Shown piece after piece: positions 62,852 to 64,000 of a stretch of DNA of 64,000 bases (position 1 is the first letter of the stretch; each line of letters starts with the position of its first letter). Origin of the DNA: Pseudomonadales bacterium (GTDB taxonomy: Bacteria; Pseudomonadota; Gammaproteobacteria; Pseudomonadales; Azotimanducaceae); assembly GCA_963664635.1 (NCBI GenBank), contig OY761542.1, forward strand, positions 2,644,112 to 2,708,111, given 5' to 3'. Made by a program: the position numbers and the translations under genes. Under the pieces are notes generated by a model, which saw only the letters and a list, made by a program, of their open reading frames with translations, searched no databases and was not told where the DNA came from.

Positions 62852-64000
62852 TGCGGCCCCGGGACGCCATGCAGGAGGCCAGGCTCCTGGACGACGCCGC
62901 GGTGCGGGAGTTCCTGACCAACGGCTTCGTGCGCCTGACGCCGGACGTGGACCCGGGCGTGCACCGCGAGGTCGACGCGCTGCTGCGCTTCGCTTGCGAG
63001 CGGGAGACCTGGCACGGCAACAACATCCTGGCGCGCGTGCCCAGGATGTACGAGGTGCTGGACTGTCCGGTCGTGCGCGGCGCCCTGATCTCGCTGGCGG
63101 GGCCGCACTACTACCTGCACCCTCATCGGGCCGTGCACACGAGTACGCCGGTCGCGGAGCCCCCTGGGGATGTCGACCCGGCGGCCGACGCGCCGCCCAT
63201 GGGGCGGGGGTCGAGGGCCGGGTCCGGCTGGCACCAGGACGCGCAAAGCCCGCTGGCGCGGGCGCGCCACCACGTACCGCGGTATCTCATCGGCTTCTAC
63301 TTCCCGCACGACACGCCGCTGGCCATGGGACCGACGCGCATCCAGGCCGGCAGTCATCTTCATGCCCACCCGGTGGAGCCCCATGGCGTGGTCCTGGACC
63401 CCATCGCCGCGGGCACGTTTCTCCTCCTCCACTTCGACATGGTGCACGCAGGTTTCCCGAACGGCACGGAGTCGACGCGCTACATGGTCAAGTTCGTGTT
63501 CGCCCGCACCCGTCACCCGACGGCGCCGAGCTGGAACAACGCGGAGGCGACATGGCGCAGACCCGAGCGGTGCATTCCGGACTACGACCTGCCCGGAACG
63601 TGGTCGTACCTCTGGAACTGGATGCGCGGGACGGCCGGCGGCGCCGTGGCTCCCTTCGGAACGACGGGCGGCGTGGACCCGGGAGGACAGGCGGCGCGGC
63701 TCGAACGCATCTATGCGGGGCCGGGGGCCGAAGGGGCGAAGACGGGGGCCGAAGGGGCGAAGACGGGGGCGACGCAGGCCGATGTGGCCAGTCTGGCCCG
63801 GGAGCTGGCGGAAAGTGCCGGACGGGGACGGCATCGGCGCGTCCTTGCCAGGGACGAAGCGGGGCGCAGCCTGCCGCGCGACGACATCCGTGGGTACCCG
63901 CTGTGCTGGAACGAGCGCGCCATCGTGATGGAAGATGCGGCCTATGGGCTGGCCGCACGCGGCCCGCGCGCCATTCCGGCGTTGCTCGGACTGCTCGGGC
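62851..64000 (+). CDS. phytanoyl-CoA dioxygenase (PhyH)-family protein with repeat-containing C-terminal extension; 3' end outside window
   Basis: Own translation: MRPRDAMQEARLLDDAAVREFLTNGFVRL...WHQDAQ...MGPTRIQAGSH...LLLHFDMVHAG (2-His-1-carboxylate-like layout). TGATG overlap with the CoA-transferase gene. Absent from the ORF track because it is open at the window end. Confidence 0.7.
   Translation, partial: MRPRDAMQEARLLDDAAVREFLTNGFVRLTPDVDPGVHREVDALLRFACERETWHGNNILARVPRMYEVLDCPVVRGALISLAGPHYYLHPHRAVHTSTPVAEPPGDVDPAADAPPMGRGSRAGSGWHQDAQSPLARARHHVPRYLIGFYFPHDTPLAMGPTRIQAGSHLHAHPVEPHGVVLDPIAAGTFLLLHFDMVHAGFPNGTESTRYMVKFVFARTRHPTAPSWNNAEATWRRPERCIPDYDLPGTWSYLWNWMRGTAGGAVAPFGTTGGVDPGGQAARLERIYAGPGAEGAKTGAEGAKTGATQADVASLARELAESAGRGRHRRVLARDEAGRSLPRDDIRGYPLCWNERAIVMEDAAYGLAARGPRAIPALLGLLG
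63723..63764 (+). repeat. 21-bp tandem duplication (coding GAEGAKT x2)
   Basis: GGGGGCCGAAGGGGCGAAGAC at 63723-63743 and 63744-63764, followed by a partial third copy. Confidence 0.9.

Noticed and set aside
1-64000. CRISPR arrays
   Set aside because: The only tandem repeats are the 33-bp coding repeat (45471-45734) and short 14-, 16-, 21- and 9-bp arrays without unique spacers. No cas genes are present.

Overview
High-GC (about 70% by eye, not computed) bacterial chromosomal segment from a Gram-negative-type organism: it has MacAB-like and RND tripartite efflux genes, lipoprotein signals and a Tat signal. I support about 60 protein-coding genes. I found no rRNA, tRNA or CRISPR array. Many long ORFs in the track are antisense or alternative-frame artefacts of the GC content (Arg/Gly/Pro/Ala-rich translations lying over well-supported genes). 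I trimmed several 5' extensions to starts that have a Shine-Dalgarno sequence.

Most of the window is ordinary core metabolism, transport and proteostasis:
- acyl-CoA metabolism
- SPFH/NfeD pair
- cysteine synthase-like enzyme
- rhomboid protease
- DUF3604 protein
- RND efflux pump with a GntR regulator
- M20 amidohydrolase
- AAA+/VWA pair
- xth
- CoA-transferase

Two accessory insertions stand out.

1. An island of about 11.6 kb at roughly 10.77-22.37 kb. It starts with a P4-type tyrosine integrase that has no adjacent tRNA. It carries HigBA plus a coupled third gene, a second recombinase module (HTH gene overlapping a tyrosine recombinase), and visibly lower-GC cargo. The cargo holds a tight 4-gene operon (small TM peptide, GIY-YIG nuclease, tandem-RHH protein, divergent UDG-fold protein) and a HEPN-like (RNVNIH) plus HNH nuclease pair. 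About 1-kb gene-free stretches with long hairpins separate these units, and the island ends in a repeat-rich, att-like region.
2. An islet of about 2 kb at 32.1-34.2 kb encoding an ABC-type AAA ATPase plus a DUF4276/Toprim-like partner (split OLD/PARIS-like architecture).

Both insertions border a copy of the same ~50-nt double-hairpin element. In each case the element begins exactly at the TAG stop codon of the flanking core gene.

Other non-genic signals:
- a ~150-nt run of five back-to-back hairpins ending in a U-tract upstream of a hydrolase gene
- a perfect 16-bp tandem duplication upstream of nfeD
- paired TGGTC-N-GACCA operators in front of the GntR gene
- a 33-bp (11-residue) tandem repeat inside a membrane-anchored coiled-coil protein

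The best candidates for an undescribed system are the GIY-YIG/RHH/UDG-like operon (16.47-18.81 kb), the HEPN-like/HNH pair (19.98-21.65 kb) and the ATPase/DUF4276 pair (32.23-34.18 kb). All family assignments come from motif recognition by eye. No database search was run.
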